NCBI GenBank assembly: GCA_035221665.1
Contig: CM069168.1
Coordinates: 8,308,001 to 8,372,000, forward strand
Source of the DNA: Okamejei kenojei
Taxonomy: Eukaryota
DNA length: 64,000 nt
Reading direction: 5' to 3'
The first letter of the stretch is position 1. Each line of letters starts with the position of its first letter. The notes below the pieces were generated by a model. That model was not told the DNA's origin. It made no database searches and saw only the letters and a list, made by a program, of their open reading frames with translations. Made by a program: the position numbers and the translations under genes. Shown here in pieces: positions 23,381 to 37,979 of this stretch.

Positions 23381-26300
23381 TTGCAGCCTTGCTTTTATTT
23401 TAGTCCTGCACCATTCATCTTTATTCTGATGTGACGCAGTGGTGCAGCTGGTAGAGCTGCTGTTCAGAGCACCAGACACCTGGGTTCAATGCTGACCCTG
23501 GGTGCTTGCCTGGATGGAGTTTGCACATTCCCCTGTGTTTCTCGGGTTTCTTCCGGGTGCCTCGGTTTCCTCCAAATCCCAAAGATGTGTGGATTTCAAG
23601 GTTGATTGGCCTCTGTAAATTGCTCCGAGTGTCCTAGCGAGTGGATGAAAAAGTGGAATAACATAAACATAACATAAACGGGTTATTGTTAGGGGCCGAT
23701 CAGCCATGATCACAATGAATGGCGGTGCAGGCTCGAAGGGCCGAATGGCCTCCTGCACCTATTTTCTATGTTTCTAAACAAGGGTGAATGGGCGACTGGT
23801 GGTCAGCGTGAGCCAATGGGCCTATTTCCATGCTGTATCTCTGACTTAAACCAAACAGCTCTCATTCTTTACCCAATTTCCTTTTCAAAGCCATTATTGA
23901 ATTCATTTTCAACACTCTTAAGCGCAGTGCATTGCAGAGCTTAAACTTCCCCACAGCACCACTGAATATATACGAACACACCATTAATGCATGTTAGCTT
24001 ATTCGCTGTTCCATAATCATAGAATTAGAAAAAAAGCTAAAGCAGCTTACCAATCTGCAACTGTTGCTAGGAGATGTGGCACCTCTATACAGATCGGTTG
24101 TTTAAATGGTGCCCCAGCCTTGCTTCTGAAACTAAAACTATCACCATAGCAGTAGAAGAGAATCTCCTAGCAACCAGCTTAGTTGTAGATAAAGTGACTC
24201 TTTGTACATCTTTTCATCTAATTTTTTGAGTAGAATTTTGTTTATAACGGTTATATTTCTTGTTGAGATGAGGCCACCATTATATTAATATAGAGTTGAA
24301 ATGAGTTGAAAGTGTGCCTATCTTTCCACTTCCACAGACTTAGCCTTTTTTACCCATTGTTGCTATTGAATCCCTGTCCAAAAATATTATATGTAATTCC
24401 ATGATTTACCAAAGCAGAGGCAAAAACATTCTTGCAATTTGGCCCTGAAAAGGTTCTTATTATTAAAGATAAATAATGCCATAAAACTTCTTAAATAATT
24501 TGCAGGATAAATATAAAAGTCAAGCAGGAAAATTATAGTTTAAGCCTTGATTGAATTGCAAAGCAAAGAATATAGGCCCTCAGCTCAAGTTAGTACTGAA
24601 TTATTTTACATATCTTATGTAAATTTTATATGGGTATCTTTTTGTATGCAACAACTTGGTATTAAAGGATACTGTGCCAAGGAGTTGTGGGATCATCAAA
24701 GACATGCACATAGTCCCTGGCCATGCTCTCATTTTGCTCCTATATCGGGAAGAAAGTACAGGAGCCTGAAAACTGCACACCCCTAACCTCAGCAACTGTG
24801 AACTTCCAAGGACTATGGCACTACGATTGCACGACAGACTTCAGGTTTTGCACTATGATGGTTACTTGGCATTAGGGTTATCAATTTTGTTGCATTTTTT
24901 CATTATATATCATCTGTGTGTATTGTGTTTGCGGGCCTGTTAAGTAAGAATTTTATTGTTTCATTGTCAGTACACATGGCAAACACTCTTGACTAGATAA
25001 ATGTTTGCTCGAATCGAGGAAGTTTACAAATAAGAATTGTTTGGCTCATAGTGTTCATGCAGCTTTAGAGAACTATCCAGCCTTTCACTTTCCAGCATTT
25101 GGACTGAAGCCATTTAGGTTAAGGCATTTGAACTGCTCAAATTCCTTAAATGTTGATCAGTTTGAAACTTGTTGGTCTTCCAGTGCAACATGATATCCAG
25201 AAGTATATGCCACCGACTGGATATCTGTGCACTGTAGCTCCATGCAGCAAACACAAATACTTTGTGAGGAAGGATTGCAGACCAAGGACCTGCTGCCACT
25301 GGGAACTGAGGGGCAGTTCCTGTGCAACATCCTCTCAAACATTGGGTGGATGTATTGTTCAAAGAGGCCACGTGAGTGGCAATGGAACTATATATATAGA
25401 ATGCATTGGTTTGTTGGCACTGTGAATGTAAAGAAAGACATTTGCTGATTGTATTTAATTAATGGTGTTTAGTTTAGGGATACAACGTGGAAACAGGCCC
25501 TTTGGCCCACTGAGCCCATGTCGACCATCGACCCCTCTTACACGAGTACGATGTTATCCCACTTTCGCAACTTACTTTGGGGCAATTTACAGAAGGCAAT
25601 TAGCCTATAAATCTGTACGTCTTTGAAATGTGGGAGGAAACCAGAGCACCCTGAGAAAACCTACTTGGTCTCAGGCAGAACGTATAAACCCCTGTACCCA
25701 TAATCACGATTAAACCCGAGTCTCTGGTGCTGTGAGGTAGCAGCTCTACCACTGCACCATCGTGCCGTTCTGAGTAAAGTTTACTTTTGAAAGAAACAAA
25801 AATTCCAACAAAATCCGGGGCACAAACAAAGACAAAATGGTGATTTTGCACAGGCGGGGTTGAAATATCAGCAATTGAGATATCCTAAATTACGCGTGTA
25901 TTCTTGTTTGACTCTCTATCTAACTCGCTCTTAAATACATCCAGTGATTTGGCCTCCACTGCCCTCTGTGGCAGGGAATTCCATAAAATTGGTGAAAAAG
26001 TTTTTTCTTACCTCAGTCTTAAATGACCTCCCCTTTATTCTAAGATTGTGACCCTGGTTCTGGACTCGCCCAACATTGGGAACATTTTTCCTGCATCTAG
26101 CTTGTCCAGTCCTTTTATAAATTTATATGTGATAGCTGGCTATCAGTTCAGCTTTCATAATGACTTAAAATGAGGAAGAAAATAAAATTAATTAAAGGAA
26201 ATAGATGGGAAGAAAAATAATTCACACCTCAACAGTTAATAGACACATTCCTTAATGCAAATTGAATAGTACCATGAAAAAGATTTGCATTTAATTTGCG

Positions 26301-27332
26301 TGGTATGTGAACCATAATGTAAGATGCAGAAAAATTAAAAGAAAAAGTGTAAAGCAAAGAGTAACGTGGATAAATCTCTCTGGAATAATTCTGGCAATAA
26401 TTGTAAGAAGGACATTGTTGCTGTTTCTTTCATCTGTGAATGTGAAACAAGCAGTGTTGGATCGTACTCTATTATTAAATGGCCAGTGGAGAAATTAAGG
26501 AACAACATTGATTCAGGGTGCACTCACGGGCCATTGAGCAATTTTCAGCAGGATTTAAAAATATGACAAGCAGCAACCCCAATGGTAAAACATCGAAATC
26601 TCATCACAATCTCAGCATTAAAAAAACAGTGAGTCTGATTATTAATAAGAACCATAATAGGAAAATAACATACCGCTCAGAAAATGAGATGAAATAAAAC
26701 ATGTATGCTTGCACATAACAATGCTTTATAAACATCAGAGAGATTTAATTCACTGGAATTTATTGTCTGACTATTGCTTAAAGGAGGTCCTGTTGAAAAG
26801 TGATTATTACTTTATGTGTATTAATCTATGGACTCGGGACAGTGGAAAGTTCTTGTTCATGTTATGGGGACAGAGTTAGGCCATTCGGCCCATCAAGTCT
26901 ACTCCGCCATTCAATCATGGCTGATCTATCTTTTCCTCTCAACTCCATTCCACTGCCTTCTCTCCATAATCCCTGACATCCTTACTAATCAAGAATCTGT
27001 CAATCTCTGCCTTAAAAATATCCATTGACATGGCTTCCACAGATTCACCACCCTCTGACTAAAGAGATTCCACCTCATCTCCTTTCTAAAGATACAACCT
27101 TTTATTCCGAGGCTATGACCTCTGCTCCTAGACTCTCCCACTAGTGGAAACATCCTCTCCAAATTCACTCTATCCAGGCCTTTCACTACTCGGTAAATTT
27201 CATTGAGGTCCCCCCTCATCTTTCTGAACTCCAGCGAGAGGCCTCTCAGTCTGAAGAAGGATCTCGACCTGTAAAGATCACTTATTCCTTTTTCCAGAGT
27301 TGCTGCCTGACCCGCTGCGTTTCTCCAACATT

Positions 27333-27867
27333 TTGTGGGTGGTGGGGGTGGTGAGAGAAACTTTTAAATCTCTTCCCTGTATGGGGACCCGACCTTTCCC
27401 TGTCGGGTCTCCGTTGTCTTTGGGACTAGCACCGTGGAGCGGCCTCCAACCGAAATCGACCTGGGGTTCCAGTCGCAGAGACCGCTTTTCGGAGCTCCCG
27501 CAACAGCAACTTCTCCCGCCCGAATTCCGTGGTTAAAATGACCCGGAGCGGGGCCTTAAATCGCCCGGCGCAGCTTTAATGATTGCGGGCCTTACATCGC
27601 CCGGCGCGGCCTTAACGGCCGCGGGACTTACCAACACCCGCCGGGGGCTTTAACATCGGTGGAAAAATAAAGATCAGGGGAGAGACAAGACTTTGCCCTC
27701 CATCACAGTGAGGAGGTGTTTGGAGATTCACTGTGATGGATGTTTATGTAAATTGTGTTAATCGTGTGTCTTGTTTTTTTTTCTTGTTAGTATGACTGCA
27801 GAAAACATAATTTCATTTGAACTTAGGTTCAAATGACAATAAACGGGATTCTATTCTATTCTATTCC
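27333..27867 (+). mobile_element. GC-rich non-autonomous retroelement with LINE-like tail
   Basis: CpG-rich body with internal ~40-bp repeats, 12-bp stem 27700-27711/27728-27739, ends tgacaataaa...(attct)n. Confidence 0.6.
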
Positions 27868-28955
27868 ATTCTTTTCTACAAACCCATACGTCTTTGGAGT
27901 GTGAGAGGAGTGTGAGAGCACCCGGGAAACACCCACGCGCTCACAGGTATAACGTACAAACTATGTACAGACAGCGCCCAAAGTCAGGATCAAACCCGGC
28001 GCTGAAAGGCAGCAATGCTACCACTGGGCCACAGGACCGCCCTGTGTTTTATGCAACATAATTTCAGAAATCCTATTCACTTGGACCTAGAGAGGGCAGA
28101 GTGAGCAGGGTGGTCTTCATAGAGAGTGCAGGGTAATCTCTGAGAAAACAGGGTGTTTTTCCTAGCTCCAACTTCTGACAGCCACTGTTCTCCCCACCAG
28201 ATTGTTTTTTACCAATATTCCTCTCCATCCTTCCTCCACCTCCTGACTCACCTGAGCTGTAATCGTGAGAATAGTTCCAAGCCTAACAAAATGTTCACAA
28301 ATAATACCAGAATAGTAATAGTTACGGACTAATGGATTTAATTGTCAATTGATAGGCACAAAGTGCTGGAGTAAGTGCGGGTCAGGCAGCATCTCTGGAG
28401 AAAAGGGATAGGTGACGTTTCCGGTCGGGACCCTTCTTCAGACTCGTCCCAGAACGTCTCCGGCCCATTTTCTCGAGAGATGCTGCCTGACCGGCGGAGT
28501 TACACTAGCCCTTTGTGTCTTTTGTATACTGTGATTTTACGAGTGGGAATCATAAGAAGTCTCACCAATCAATAGCAAGATGTAATTATATACCTCATAT
28601 TTGAAGAAGGAATATGAGATGGAAGTCATATCTTGGAGCTACATGTATAGCTCGATACACTCCTTTTGAAGATTTTCTGAATCGCAACGACATCTTAAAC
28701 CAGCATTCAGTGTTTCTAATCTGTGAGCAGCTTATGCCACTTCCATTCCACATACAATCCAAATACAGAAGAATATCCACAAATCCCTGGATATGCTCAT
28801 CCTGATGTGTTCATTTGTATGTTTACAGGCAAGTTTGGAATGTATCTTTTATATGCTGCAATAGATAGAGGTGCAGGAATCCAAGAAAGAGTGTTGACAT
28901 AAACTCTTCCGTTCATGCTGGATGTACACTAATGCTGCTTTATTTTTTGGCATAG

Positions 28956-29047
28956 GTGTTTGGGATTTGGATTCGTTCACTTCCAGATTCAATCTTGGAA
29001 AACCTGTGGTATCAACCCAATTCTTGACCGAGAACTATAAAGACTGA
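28956..29047 (+). CDS. PEBP4: Phosphatidylethanolamine-binding protein 4, last coding exon
   Basis: Acceptor ttttttggcatag; phase-1 translation (G)VWDLDSFTSRFNLGKPVVSTQFLTENYKD* aligns with the human PEBP4 last exon [30 protein letters not shown]. Confidence 0.85.
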
Positions 29048-29191
29048 AAAGAAGGCAAATCTCCAAAAACTTTCAAAGAGGAAGTTAAGCATTAGATAAT
29101 ACCTGCTGGCGAAACCTCTTCACTTCTGTTGATTAAGTACTAACGAAAATCGATAATATGGTATTATTTTGCTGTTTGACCACACAGGTTA

Positions 29192-29197
29192 ATTAAA
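29192..29197 (+). promoter_or_regulatory. Candidate polyadenylation signal (ATTAAA) for PEBP4
   Basis: Variant poly(A) hexamer ~145 nt after the stop codon; not otherwise supported. Confidence 0.3.
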
Positions 29198-29929
29198 AAA
29201 TAATGTATAATAAGGGATAACCCTTACCTTTGTCATGATTGCTATAAAAACGGAATTTGAAGTATTTCATCATCAGTAACAGGAACAGAAAATTCCATAA
29301 TATTTAGATACATAATCTGTAACTCTGTGATTAACTTTCTACATGCACAGAACGTAGAAGAGTACCGCGGTCAGTCATGCCCGAGGGGGGCCTACTAGAA
29401 CGGTACAGCACAGGAACAGACCTTTCATCCCTGTGTTTGTGCCGAACATGGTGCTAAATTTAACTGATCTCATCAACCTGTACATGATCCACATCCCTCA
29501 CTTCCCTGCACTTCCATGTGCCTTTCTAAAAGCCTCTTAAACACCACCATCGTGTCTAACCCCACCACCACCCATACAATGCATTCTAGGCCTCCGCTGC
29601 CCTCTGTGGAAGAAAACTTCCCCCGCATATCTCCATTAAACTTTCCCCGTTTTACATATTCATACTAAGAAACAATGATGGACTGCACTTTCTTCCAGGC
29701 ATTTTCAAATCATACGATAGGTCTCATGTGACTAGAAAAGTCAGCAATCAGATGTTGCCATGAGAGATTACTTCCAGGCCCCAATAGTACCACCTATACC
29801 ACCAGGTCAATGGGTCATATAGATCTCTGTACATTTTGGTCCACACTGGACAGAATGTGTTGGCAATATTAATGTGGAATACAATTAACTCATAAGGAAA
29901 TGTTATGAAAAGGTTTTGGGGAGATATGT

Positions 29930-30132
29930 AAGAAAAAACTGCAGAGACTGGTTTAAATCGGAGGTAGACACAAAATGCTGGAGTAACACATCGGGTGAGG
30001 CAGCATCTCTGGAGAGAAGGAATGGGCGACGTTTCGGGTCGAGACCCTTCTTCAGTCCGAAAAGTTGCCCATTCCTTCTCTCCAGATAGGCTGCCTCACC
30101 CCGCTGAGTTACTCCAGTGTTTTGTGTCTACC
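29930..30132. mobile_element. Inverted pair of Penelope-like ends (foldback) with intact hammerhead-like core on the minus strand
   Basis: gtagacacaaaatgctggagtaac...gttactccagtgttttgtgtctac; the reverse complement of 30028-30055 is ctgaagaagggtctcgacccgaaacgtc. Confidence 0.7.
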
Positions 30133-32689
30133 CTTTGGGGAGATATGTTGGGGTGAGATGTCTAATTAAATCTAATTCCGTAAACCTACTTGATGGTGGA
30201 GAGATGCTTTTATGTTGGCTTTATTTTTGCAAAGAATTTATTAAGGGATATAACAGATTCTGTTCTGTTTTGACCAAAAAAATCTTATATTTCACCAAAC
30301 AAAAGGAATAGAGTAAAAAGTAGGCCAAACTAGTATTTAAAACAAACGGAACTATCACACCACAGCTGAAGATGAGCACACTTTGGTACGAACCTATGCA
30401 CTGCTCATATTTGCACAAGATTGTAAGACAATTACAATGAAGAAATGTATTTTCGCTGTATTAGTTCATTATCTGAGGAAATGCACCCATGGCAACACCT
30501 GATTGCAATTTATCTGATTGTTTTTAATACCATGCCAAGAATTTGGTCTTTTACGTTGATCAACCGGAATGTGTAAATAAAAGATCCTGACTTCATTGCC
30601 TTCAGATTTACCTGAATCTGTGCATCCTTGTTTCGTTCCACCATTTAGTTATAGAAATTATCAGGTTTCATCTTTCCCTCGTCAGTTATATGAAACACAA
30701 CTTAAATTTGTCCATTCTAGAATGGAAGGCTAAGAATTTCTTTTTTGAATAATCTTTCCACATATCTCCTTTTCCCACCCAACTCCTTACTTCCATGTTA
30801 CTGCATACATCTGAGTAAATGAGGGCAGTGGAGAATGTGAGTATACCTAGTCTCAGTCCCAGCACAAAATGTGGAACAGCATACCAGACCATCTCACACC
30901 CTGTTTCCACTTTCAATCGTGAAAATGTGCTCTTACATTTTATAAACGATAAAAATGTTTGAGGTTTCAGTGAATGTTACTCAGCTACCTAATTGGCTTA
31001 TCAGGACTAACTAATTTTCTTATTAATTGAAGTGAACATAATTCTTATTGGGTAATGTCAAAACGCATGAATTTTGTAAGTTCCTTTGATATGAATTGAT
31101 TTTTGATGAAACCATTATGGTCGGCAAAATAAAACACTACACTGTCATGGATTTAGTTAAGATCTGTTATGCAAACTACTAAATCGGACTTGGTTTATTC
31201 GTCTGAAGGAGTTTCAATTTTATTCACTTTTCCTTTCTGTGCCCCTATCTGTTGTTTCTAATCAAAGCAATGAATAAAGCACTGCTTGATGTAGTGAAAA
31301 TACAACCAGCCTTTTCATCACATAGACGTAACTAAAACTGACAGAATTTATTTCTTCTTTTTCCCCACTCACTACAGAGGTATCAACTCTGGTTTTGCTT
31401 TTTTAGTTTAGTTTAGTTTTGAGATATAGGGCAGAAACTGGCCTTTTGGCCCACCGAGTTCATGCTGACCAGTGATTCCCTTACACTAACACACGAGGGA
31501 CAATTTACAATTTTACCAAGCCAATTAGCCTACAAACCTGCACATCTTTGGAGTGTGGGAGGAAACCGGAGCACCCGGGTAAAACCCGCACAGTTCACAT
31601 GGAGAACGTACAAACTCCGTAAAGACAGCACCCATAGTCAGGATTGAACCTGTGTCCCTATATCTGTAAGGCAGTAACTCTGCTGCTGCGCCTCTGTGCC
31701 ACTCAAAGCTTATTGAAAGGGTGCAATGTGCACGTTGAATAAAAGGCACATTCCACATGGGACCAAGGCCATGTCCAGGGCAAAATAAAGAGGGCGGCAC
31801 CCCCACTAAATAAGACAGCGGCTGGAGTCCGGTTAACACAGGGCCAAAGAGTGATTTTTACCAATGGTGAGGACTTGGTTGTTGAACAGTGGTTCGCTAT
31901 TATCAGTGCCAGATTTAGATGAAGAGAGGCCCTAGGCTGTTCCACTAGTGAGGCCCCTCCAAATCCCCCACCCCCACGACTAGCGGAAGAAGGAAGAGTC
32001 CACCAGATTGACACCGATTTGCAGCCGAGCGTGTCCAATGAGATAAGGGGCCGGAAAGCTGCACGTTTTATTTATTTATTTATTGCCAGTGCTAGTGTTG
32101 AGTTATCGGCTTAAAACGCTATTATTCTGAAATGGAGGGCAAGGAAAATTACTGAAGGGTTGTTTAGAGACTACAGTGCGTTGTGACAGCATATGTAAGA
32201 AAGGTCTATGACAGTGTCAAAAATATTATACACTTGATTTCGAGGCCCTATGCTTCAGCCTATGAAGCCTAATGGTAAATCCAGCTCTGGCTATTATCCT
32301 CGTTAGATGGAAGTAATTTGTTCTAACACAGTCTGCTCTGTCCATCCCCAGCAATTGTCTCTTAATTGCCCTTCAAAGTGGCCCAGCAAGCCAACAATCC
32401 AACAACAATCAGGGATGAGCAATAACCTCGACAGTGACTGAATGAATAAAATTAAAATCCTCCTCCGCTCTCCGTCTCTTAATTTAAACTTGGTCTTGTG
32501 AAGATTCAATAATGGCAGGATAATCATTGAACAGAGAAACCATTATTAATTATTACCCATTATTACCAATCAAATGAGCCAACACAGTGGGGCTTCGGGA
32601 TGATGGTGCTTTTGTTAAACATTTCTTGGTATGTCAGGCACTTCCTCTTCAAAGTTTATTGTGAGGTTGATGAAGTGCGTTAGCAGCTT

Positions 32690-32910
32690 TAGCACAGCTG
32701 TGGCCTCGTGGATTGCTCTCTGGCCTCTGGGTCAGAAGGTTTCACGTTCAAAAACTGTGGTAGAGTTTTGTGCACGTAATCCTAGCCTGACACGCTGAGA
32801 ATCTACTGGATATTGAAGGTAGCATCATTTGGATGAGACGGTAAACGGAGGCTCTGTCTGCTCTCAGGTGGGTATAAGAGGTCTTTTGGAACTATTTTGA
32901 TGATCAGCAG
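32690..32910 (+). mobile_element. Deu-domain SINE remnant
   Basis: ggatgagacggtaaacggaggctctgtctgctctcaggtgg matches the Deu core. Confidence 0.6.
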
Positions 32911-35900
32911 GTAAGTTCGGAAGTAAACAGAAAACAGAGCATAGAAATAAACAAGTCTTCATCCGGTAGCAGGTACTGACTAGCAGCGTGCCACAGGGAT
33001 TATTGCTTAGCCCCCAGCTATTTACAATATGTATCAGTGATCTGGATGATGTAACCAAATGCAACATCTATAGGTTTGCAGACAACACAAAGCTGGAGCG
33101 GATGTGTGAATAATAAAGGGGATGCAAAGAGGCAGTGTAGGTTAAATAAATTGAGTGATTGGACAAATGCATGGAATATGTTCTTCAGGGATGCTGACTG
33201 ACCCGCTGGGTAATTCCAACACTTAGTCTTTTTTTTTCCGTAAACCAACATCTGCAGTTCCTCGTGTCTGACCCGAATAATTGTGAGGTTATCCTGTTTG
33301 TTCGTAAGTTCAAAAATCATAGGAGCAGAATTAGGCTATTCTGCTCCCCGAGTCCACTCCACCATTGAATTATGGCTGATCCATCTTTTCCTCTCGACCA
33401 CAGAAAAGTTGCCTTCTATCCAACAGCCATCTGTTGCAATGAATTCCAGAGATTCACCATCTTCCAACTAAAGAAATTCCTCCTCCTCTTTCTAAAGGTA
33501 CTTCCTTTTATTCTGAGGCTGTGCCCTCTGGTCCGAGACTCTCTCAGTAATGGAAACATTCTCTCCACATCCACTCTACTCAGGCCTTTCACAATTCGGT
33601 AAGTTTCAATGAGCCCACCCCCCCCCCCCCCCCCCCCCCCATCCTTATGAACTCCAACGAGTACAGGCCCAGCAGGTCAAAAGCTCCCACTGCTAATTTC
33701 TGAAGTTTTTCCCCGTCCTGTTCTTTTTCTTACATAAAACAATCACTGGTTTATCGGAGGATCTCACCATATTCTACCATGAATTATTGCTCGTTCAGTC
33801 GCCTCACGCGGTACGGTGGTGAAACAGTAGAGTTGTTGCCTTACAGCACCAGAGACCCGGGTTCGATCCTGACTACAGGTGCTGTCTGTACGGTTTTTGT
33901 ACATTTTCCATGTGACCAGGTGAGTTTTCTCTGGGAGCTCAGGTTTCTTCCCACACTCCAAAGACGTACAGATTTGCACGTTAATTGGCATGGTAAAATT
34001 GTCCCTAGTGTGTAGGATTGTGTTTATGTGTGGGGATCGCTGGTCGGAGCGGCCTCGAAGGGCCCGTTTCCATGCTTTATCTCTAAACTAAAAACTAAAC
34101 ATCAGACAGCAAAGAGATCCCCTCCTGAGAGACCGGCTCTTGTCTACCTGCTGCCATCTTGCTCCCAACCTGCTCGGTGCCCCATCCTCGAGGTCTCAGC
34201 TGGAGATCCCTAGTGTTAATACTCCTCTGCAGCTGGTGCACTGAGTTCTACATAGTGGGAGGCTCAGGCCCATGGGCATACGAATGAGATGGCTCTTCAG
34301 GGACAACAGTGGAAACACAAGAGGACAGGCAGTGCAACAATATCAGCAATACAGGTGACTCACCAGCACCTGCGGAGCTAAAACAATCTCTATTCATTCA
34401 CAACATTTGGCCACTGCTGGCAAGGTTTCTGTTTGTCACATTTTCCAGTTTCTCCAATTTCTCCCTTCTCCAATTTTGCCTGAACTAGGTGCCTGTTGTT
34501 TTATTTCACAGGGCATTGAAGTGTTAACTGTCGTGATGTGTGCTGCCCACGGTCACTTCGATCCAATATGGGGAAGGACAAAAATCAAGCACACATCAAG
34601 ATGTCTTGCCTGGAAATTAAATGCAGATGTTGGCTTACACCAAAGAGAGACACAAGATTCTGGAGTAACTTAGCGGGTCAGGCAGCATCTCTGGAGAAAA
34701 AGAATGGGTGATGTTTCGGGTCTGAAGACGGGTTCGCCCATCCTTCTCTCTTGAGTTACACCAGCTCTTAGTGTCTAACGTCCACATCAAGATATATTTG
34801 AATAATTGTGTTTTAATTCCACCAGTTGCCATGTTGGGATTTGGACTCTTATCATTGGATTGCTAAGGCAGGAATAATGGAGTTATGGATCCATTGTACA
34901 ATGCATGCTCTCCTCCCCTACATTATCTCACTGGGATGGCAAATGGGTATGCGCTCTAGTAGTCAACCACTAATCAATGGAAGGCCAATGGCAAGTTGTG
35001 ACTTCTGCCACCTTACCTTCTGGTTGGGAACAATGGGAAGAGGAAGGGGCACAGGAAATCGGGTACCACCTGATAGACGAAAGGAGATGGAAACTCCTCC
35101 CCAGCTGAGAGTGCTGAATGCACAATCTATTGACGGGACTGAATATCAAAAGTGGAGTTCAAAATACAAAGCATGATCTCTGGAAAGCCGGAGGTTGCGA
35201 GTAGACCTGGTGAGGAATATAACATTTTGAGAGGCATAGATAGGGTAGGCAGTCAGAACATTTTTTCCCAGGATGGAAAATCTCAAATACTAGAGGACGT
35301 AGATTTAAGATGCGAAGGGCAAAGTTTAAAGGAGATGTGCAGAGTAACTTTTTTACACAGAGAGTGATAAGTGCCTGGAACGCATTGCAAGGGATGGTGG
35401 TGGAGGCAGATATGATAGTGGTATTTAAGAGGCTTTTGGATAGGCATAAGGATATGCAGGAAATGGAGTAATATGAATTATGCACAGGTAGGTAAGAGAT
35501 GGTCTTTGCATCATGATCGACACAGACATTGTTTCTGTGCTGTACTGTTCTATGTTCTACGATATATAACATATTCAGCAGAGGGTGAAATGTGATACTA
35601 CGGCCTTTTAGACAGCAGGAAAAGTGGAGTCAGAGTAAAGCCCATTAAAGTCCAGCTACATACGGACTCTATCAAGAAGTGGTAAAAGGACGACATGGTG
35701 ATGCAGCAGAAGACTTGCTGCCTTATAGTGCCAACAACCCGGATTCGATTCTGACTATAGGTGCTGTCTGTACGGAGTTTGTACTTTCTCCCTGTGAACA
35801 CGTGGGTTTACTGGTCGATTCATTGACTTCTGTAAATTGTGCCTAGTGTGTAGAATAGAACTAGTGAGTGGGTGATCATTGGTCAGCACGCACCCAGTGA

Positions 35901-37979
35901 GGGTGTTTCCCTGCTGTATCTCTAAAAAAGAAAGTGCATAGATGTGAAAGATGTTTCATCGGTGCAAAGGACCTTGGAGGGGGGTATTGAGGGAGAGGGA
36001 GCACAGACCCACTGTGCTGTTGCTGGAACTATAAGTGAATGTGAACTTTGGCTGCACACCTCTGTCCAAAACATAGGCTTTGCTCAGCATAGGTTGTCCG
36101 CATGAACACGTGCAAGGACTCAGTGGAACTTTGTTCTTCTGTTGGTTTCATCTCCCTGCCCTTGACAAATGTCTGTGAGAAAATGTGAAAGTAACGTGTG
36201 AGTCAGAGAGACTTTCCTTGTCATCACCGCCCTCTCTTATTAATTCCTGACGACCCAGTTTCTGCCGTTTGTTTTACGCAGTGGCAGTTTCTCCTTCTGT
36301 GCCTGCACAGTTACCACAGAAGTGTGGGTTTTTCCTCTAGTGTGTAGGAGGTGGATGAGAGAATGGCAAATCTATGGACACACTTGATGCCGGAAAAATG
36401 TTCCCAATGTTGGGTGAGTCCAGATCCAGGGGCCACAGTCTTCGAACAAAGGGGAGGCCATTTAAGACTGAGGTGAGAAAAAAACGTTTTCACCCAGAGA
36501 GTTGTGAATTTGTAGAATTCCCTGCCACAGAGGGTAATGGAGACCAAATCACTGGATGGATTTAAGAGAGAGTTAGATAGAGCTCTAGGGGCCAGTGGAA
36601 TCAAGGGATATGGGGAGAAGGTTATTGATTTGGAACGATCAGCCATGATCACAATGAAAGGTGGTGCTGGCTCGAAGGGGCAAATGGCCTCCTGCACCTA
36701 TTTTCTATGTTTCTAACTCAGAACTAGTGTGAACGGGTGATCGACATTCAGTGTGGACTCGATGGGCGGAAAGGCTTTTTTTCATGCTAAACTAGATTTC
36801 CCGTATCTCAGTTCCATGCTGTCTCCGACCATCCATCCCATGAAGCATCCTCCAGTTCTGGAGCACCTGTTGCAAACATTCCTTCCACACCTTAGTGAAG
36901 CTAAGCTCCCTCAGATTCTCCCTATCAACATTGTACTTATCTACTTCTCCACTGAGCAATAGAAAGCCTATCCAAACATTCTTTACTCCAATCTCCCATC
37001 TGTTACTGACCACTGTCGACCGTCTTTGTAACGCAGATTTATTTTCCAAGTAGCGTTGCTTGTAATGCTGCTCAGAACTAATTGCAACTATAATATTCAC
37101 CTAAACCTCAATCCCTACAAAGGCCCTTACCCATTAGTACCTCCTGGATCATTCCTACCTCAAACAGCAACGCATACGTTCCTCTGCATGTGCAGATTTA
37201 ATTTCTGATGAAAGATTTGATTTTACATGGAATATCATATCAGGCCAGCAATGGGGGAAAAACTCATTAACATTCTGTCTTTCAGAGAAATCAGCTTTTC
37301 ACTCAGTACAGTAATATTTTGATTATGCTTGTTGGCAAGAATCCTAACCACATCTATTCAGATTACTACACTCCTCCAGATTGTTTGCAAGCCCAGTTAC
37401 AACTCCCACTGACTTTCTAATCCTCTAGTTTATCTCATTCTCAGGTGCTCAATCTTCTGCAACTGTAATTCCTACTGAAATAAACAGATCACCCCCTCCC
37501 CACCCCCCCTCATATTGACTGATGCCCCAAACCATCCCTCTAGCTAACCCATATCTTTTCATTTCTACTGCCAGAGACGTGTGTTTCAGATGCGAATCTG
37601 CAGCAGCTGTTTCTGATGTTAGTCAGCATTTTCATAGCCGTGAAAAGTACACCAAAGAGTAGTGTTCTTTTTTTTGGCATCATTCTCTCTCCCCTCGCTT
37701 CTGTTTAATTCAGTCCAATTCACCTCCACCCCACTGGTGACATTGGACTTTGTCTACGGAATTGATGCATTACAATGCTAACTATATTCTGCACTCTGTA
37801 TTTCTTTAGTTTAGCTTATTATTGTCACATATACCGAGGTAAATTGTAAATCTTTCCAGAGGCCCTTTGAATTCAGGGCTGGTGTCGTGACCAAATGCAT
37901 CTACTGTGTTCAGTTATATAAAAGGCTACAGCTACATGGTCATGTAATATGGATGCCGACTCTCTCTAGTGTGAAGAGC

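Noticed and set aside
31838-32289. DNA transposon with CAGGGCC-type TIRs
   Set aside because: Ends match only weakly (cagggcc...ttttacca vs tggtaaatccagctctg) and no TSD is evident; too degraded to call.
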